Source: the human T2T-CHM13v2.0 reference genome, Homo sapiens. From it: a DNA stretch of 64,000 nt. Shown here one piece after another: positions 58,365 to 64,000 of the stretch (position 1 is its first letter; every line of letters begins with the position of its first letter). The position numbers and the translations under genes are program-made. The notes beneath the pieces are model-generated. The model was not told where the DNA came from. It was given only the letters and a program-made list of their open reading frames with translations, and made no database searches. Where the stretch lies: the NCBI RefSeq assembly GCF_009914755.1, contig NC_060938.1. One strand, 5' to 3'.

Positions 58365-61300
58365 ATTCCAATCCACTCCACTCCACTCCATTCCATTCCA
58401 TTCCATTCCATTCCATTCCATTCCATTCCATTCCATTCCATTCCATTCCATTCCATCTCATTCCATTCCATTCCATTCCATTCCATCTCATTCCATTCCA
58501 TTCCCTTCCACTCAACTCCACTACATTCCACTCTACTCCAGTCCACTACACTCCATTCTATTCCATTCCATTTCATTCCAATCCATTCCATTCCATTCTT
58601 TTATTTCGTCAGGAACTCACTCCGTCACCCAGGCTGGAGTGCAGTGGCACAATGTCAGCCCACATTTCATTTCAACGTGCCATTCGATTCCATTCCATTC
58701 CATTCCATTCCATTCCACACCACTCCACGAAACTCCACTCTACTCCACTCCACTGCATTCCTTTCCATTACATCCCATTCCATTCCTCTTCATTCCACTA
58801 TACTCCACTACACTCCACTCTACTCCACCCCACTCCACCCCACTCCATTCCATTCCACTCTAATCTGTTTCATTCCTTTCTTTCGATAGGATCTCACCTG
58901 TCAACCAGGATGGAGTGCAGTGGCACAATCTCAGCTCACATTTCATTTAACCATTCTATTCCATTCTATTCCATTCCATTCAACTACACTCCTCTCCACT
59001 CCACTCCACTCCATTCCATTTGAATCCAATCCACTCAACTCCTTTCCATCCCATCCCATTCCATTCCACTCCACTCCATTCCACTTCACTCCATTCCATT
59101 CCACTCCATCCCATCCCATTCCATTCCACTCCATTTCACTCCACTCCAATCCACTGCATTCTACGCCGTTCCATTCCATACCATTCCATTCTATTCCTTT
59201 CTGTCGACAAGATCTCACTCTGTCACCCAGGATGGATTGCAGTGTCATAATCTCAGCTATCATTTGATTTCATGATTCCTTTCCATTCCATTCCATTCCA
59301 TTCCATTCCATTCCATTCCATTCCATTCCATCCCTTCCCATTCCACTCCATTCCACTCCACTCCTCTCCATTCCATTCCATTCCATTCCACTCTATTCCA
59401 TTCCATTCCACTCCACTCCACTCCAATCCACTACATTCCACTGCACTCCACTCCATTCCATCCCATTGAATTCCACTCAATTCCACTCCACTCCACTCCA
59501 CTCCACACCACTTCTCTCCAATCAATTCCATTCCACTCCACCCCACTCCATTCCACTCGACTCCACTCAAATCCAGTCCACTCCACTCCACTCCACCACA
59601 CTCCATTCCATTTCATTCCACTCCATTCCATACCATTCCATTCTATTCCTTTCTGTCGACAAGATCTCACTCTGTCACCCAGGATGGATTGCAGTGTCAT
59701 AATCTCAGCTATCATTTGATTTCATGATTCCTTTCCATTCCATTCCATTCCATTCCATTCCATTCCATTCCATCCCTTCCCATTCCACTCCATTCCACTC
59801 CACTCCTCTCCATTCCATTCCATTCCATTCCACTCTATTCCATTCCATTCCACTCCACTCCACTCCAATCCACTACATTCCACTCCACTCCACTCCATTC
59901 CATCCCATTGAATTCCACTCAATTCCACTCCACTCCACTCCACTCCACACCACTTCTCTCCAATCAATTCCATTCCACTCCACCCCACTCCATTCCACTC
60001 GACTCCACTCAAATCCAGTCCACTCCACTCCACTCCACCACACTCCATTCCATTTCATTCCACTCCATTCCATTCCATTCCTTTCTATTCCTTTCTTTCG
60101 ACAGGATCTCAATCTGTCACCCAGGCTGGCGCAGAGTGGCACTATCTCAGCTCACATTTAATTTCACCATTACATTCCATTGCATTCCATTCCATTATAT
60201 TCCATTCAATTCCATTCCATCCCATTTCATTCCAGTCCTATGCACTTCTCTCCACTCCACTGCACTCCATTCCATTCCATTCAATTCCATTCAATTCCAT
60301 TCCACGCCACTCCAATCCACTCCACTCCATTCCATTCCATTCCACTATACTCCAATCCAATCCACTCCGCTCCACTCCACTCCACTGCATTCCATTCCAT
60401 TCCATTCCATTCCACTCCACTCCACTGCATTCCGTTCCATTCCATTCCATTCCATTCCATTCCATTCCATTCCATTCCATTCCATTCCTCTCCTTTAAAT
60501 TCCATTCCTTTCCTTCGACAGGATCTCACTTTGTCACCCAGGCTGGAGTGCAGTGGCACAGTCTCAGCTCATATTTCATTTCATCATTCCATTCAATACC
60601 ATTCCATTCCTTTCCATTCCATTCTATTCCATTACACTAAAATCCACTCTGCTCCACTCCACTCCATTCCATTGTATTCCATTCCATTCCACTCTACTCC
60701 ACTCCTCTCCAACCCAATCCACTCCACTCCATCCCATTCCATCCAATTCCATTACATTCCACCCCTCGTCCCTCCACTCCACTCCCCTCCACTTCATACC
60801 ATTTGATTCCATCCCATTCCATTCCATTCCACTCCACTCCACTCCGCTCCGCTTGGCTCCACTCCATTATATTCCAATCTATTCCATTCCATTCCTTACA
60901 TTCGATCGGATCTCACTCTGTCACCCAGTCTGGAGTGCAGTGGCAGAATCTCAGTTCACATTTCATTTCACCATTCCATTCCATTCCATTCCATTCCATT
61001 CCATTCCACTCCACTCCACTCCACTCCATTCCATTCCATTCCATTCCACTGCATTTCACTCCATGCCACTCCACTCACTGCACTCCATTCCATTCCACTC
61101 CATCCCATTGCATTCCACTCCATTCCACTCCACACCACTCCACTCCACTTAGCTTCACTACACTCCATTCCATTCCATTTCTTTCTTTTGACAGCATCTC
61201 ACCCTGTCAACCAGACTGGCAGACAGTGGCACAAACTCAGTTCACATTTCATTTCATTTCACCACTCCATTCCATTCTATTCCATTGCCTTCAATTCCAT

Positions 61301-64000
61301 TGCATTCCACTGCATTCCATTCCATTCCACTCCACTCCATTCCACTCTACTCCACTCCAATCCACCTCATTCCATTATGCTGCATTCCACTCCAATCCAC
61401 TCCACTCCATTCCATTCCATTCCATTATAATTCAATCCCCTACATTCCATTAATTTCTTTTGACAGTATCTCATGCTGTCACATAGGCTGGAGTGCAGTG
61501 GCACTATCTCAGTTCACATTTAATTTCACAATTCCATTCCATTCCATTCCATTGCATTCCATTCCATTGCATTCCATTGCATTCCATTCCATTGCAATCC
61601 ATTCCATTCAATTCCATTCCAAACCATTCCATTCCATTCCTGTGAACTCCAATCCACTCCACTCCACTGCATTCCATTCCATTCCATTTCATTCCATTCC
61701 ATTCCACTCCTTTCCATTCCATTCCTTTCCTTCAACACAATCTCACTTTGTCACCCAGGCTGGAATGCAGTGGCACAATCTCAGCTCATATTTCATTTCA
61801 TCATTCCATTCTATACCATTCCATTCCTTTCCATTCCATTCTACTTTATTACACTCCAATCCACTCTACTCCACTCCACTCCATTCCATTGCATTCCGTT
61901 CCATTCCAGTCTACTCCACTCCTCTCCACCCCACTCCACTCCACTCCATCCCATTCAATCCAGTTCCATTCCATTCCACTCCTTATCCCTCCACTCCACT
62001 CCACTACCCTCCACTTCATACCATCCAATTCCATCCCATTCCATTCCATTCCGCTCCACTCCACTCCGCTCCGCTCCACTCTGCTCTGCTCTGCTCCACT
62101 CCACTCCACTCCATTTCATTCCACTGTATTCCATTCCATTCCTTACGTTCGACAGGATCTCACTCTGTCACCCAGTCTGGAGCGCAGTGGCAGAATCTCA
62201 GCTCACATTTCATTTCACTATTCCATTCCATTGCATTCCATTCCATTCCATTCCATTCCCCTCCACCCCTCTCCACTGCACTCCACTCCACTCCATTCCA
62301 TTACATTCCATTCCACTCAATTCCACTCCAGTCCACTCCATTCCGTCCCACTCCATTCCACTCCACACCATTCCATTCCATCCCACTCCATTCCACTCCA
62401 CACCATTCCATTCCATTCCACTCCATTCTGCTCCACTCCACTCCACTCCACTGCACTCCATTCCATTAAATTCCATCCCATTCCATTCCACTCCACATCA
62501 ATCCATGCATCTCCACTCCACTAAATTCCATTCCATACCATTCTTTCAACAGGATCTCACTCTGTCATCCAGGCTGGCGTGCAGTGGCACAAACTCAGCT
62601 CACATTTCATTTAACCATTTAATTCCATTCCATTCCATTCCATTCCATTCCATTCCATTCCATACCATTCCATACCATTCCATTCCATTCTATTCCACTC
62701 TACTCCACTCCAATCCACTCCACTCCACTCCACTCCACTCCATGTCATTTCCATCCATCCCATTCCATTCCACTCCATTCCACCCTACTCGACTCAAATT
62801 CACTCCACCCCACTCCACTACAAGCCATTCCATTCCATCCCATTTCATTCCACTCCATTCCACTCGACTCCACTCCACTCCATTCAATTCCATCCCATTC
62901 TATTCCATTCCTTTCTTTCGACGGGATCTCACTGTGTCAAAAAACGCTGGAACACAGTGGAACAATCTCAGCTCACATTTCATTTCACCATTCCTTTCCA
63001 TTCCATTCCATTCCATTCCATTCCATTCCATTCCACTCCATTCCCCTCCACTCCACTCTACTCCCCTCCATTCCATTCCATTCCATTCCACTCCACTCTA
63101 TTCCACTCCAATCCAGCAAATCCATTCCACCGCAATTCACTCCACTCCACTCCACTCCATTCCATTCCATCCCATTCCATTTCACTCCATTCCTCTCCAC
63201 TCAAATCCACTCCACTCCATTCCATTCCACTCCATCCCATTCCTTTCCACTTCATTACGCTCCATTCCACTCCACTCAACTCCATTCCATTCCATTCCAT
63301 TCCATTCCATTCCATTCCATTCCATTCCATTCCATTCTAATTCACTCCCTTACATTATATTAATTTATTTCAACAGGATCTCACTCTGTCACAGAGGCTG
63401 GAGTGCAGTGGCACTATCTCAGCTCACATTTAATTTCAGAATTCCATTCCACTGCATTCCATTCCATTGCATTCCATGGCATTTCATTCCATTACATTCC
63501 ATTCAATTCCATTCCATCCCATTCCAAGGCACGCCTGTGAACTCCACTCCACTGCATTCCATTCTAATCCATTCCATTCCACTCCACTCCACTCCACTCC
63601 ACTCTACTCCACTCCATTCCATTCCATCCCATTCCATTCCACTCCATTCCAATATACTGCACTCCACTACACTCTATTCCATTCCATTGCATTCCAGTCC
63701 TTTCCATTCCATTCCTTTCTTTCAACAGGTTTTCACTCTGTCACCCATGCTGGAGTGCAGTGGCACAATCTCAGCTCATATTTCACTTCTTCATTCCATT
63801 CTATTCCATTCCATTGCTTTCCATTCCATTCAATTCGATTCCACTACATTCCATTCCACTCCACTCCACTCCTCTTCATTCGACTCCACTCCATTCCATT
63901 CCATTAAATTCCACTCCATTCTACTCCATTCCTCTCCACCCAACTCCACTCCACTCCATTCAATTCCATCCAATTCCATGCCACTCCACTCCTCTCCCCA
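58363..64000. repeat. HSat3-like (CATTC/CACTC)n satellite with 15 periodic ~57-bp Alu-derived cassettes; continues past the window end
   Basis: Pentamer arrays; cassette consensus gacaggatctcactctgtcacccaggctggagtgcagtggcacaatctcagctcac, anchored (g of gtca) at 58624, 58900, 59222, 59674, 60116, 60533, 60920, 61206, 61478, 61750, 62167, 62564, 62936, 63388, 63740. Confidence 0.96.

Noticed and set aside
58600-63790. CRISPR-like look of regularly interspaced ~57-bp repeats
   Set aside because: The repeats are Alu-derived, the spacers are long satellite rather than unique sequence, there are no cas genes, and the DNA is primate.
58141-63907. Long ORFs (up to 394 aa) of [10 protein letters not shown] and [10 protein letters not shown] repeats, including an apparent satellite-L1 RT fusion ORF
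   Set aside because: Stop-poor pentamer repeats stay open by default; there is no promoter or domain evidence.

Overview
Hominoid (most likely human) non-coding DNA crossing into pericentromeric-type satellite. I find no intact protein-coding gene, RNA gene or CRISPR array; nearly all recognisable ORFs are by-products of Alu, L1, ERV or satellite sequence. Bases 1-9.8 kb are a nested, truncated retroelement stack: a HERV-K(HML-3)/MER9 provirus sits inside the dUTPase region of a HERV-K(HML-1)/LTR14A provirus, which sits inside an L1, and the stack is cut by a breakpoint through an AluY. Bases 9.8-58 kb are AT-rich, euchromatin-like sequence with ancient repeats (MIR, L2, CR1/L3, MER5A, Tigger3a, MER47A, L1M, old LTRs), Alus, a full-length dead L1PA4/5-like element and short L1PA insertions. 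One of these has a perfect 16-bp TSD and another has an apparent 3' transduction. From ~58,363 to the end is a (CATTC/CACTC)n HSat3-like satellite punctuated by 15 copies of one ~57-bp AluJ-derived cassette. Cassette spacings are almost always 5n+2 bp, and diagnostic variants define an A-B-C-D(-E) higher-order repeat. This composite satellite is the most interesting structure, but it may already be catalogued. Repeat subfamily names come from my recollection of consensus sequences, not from a database run.
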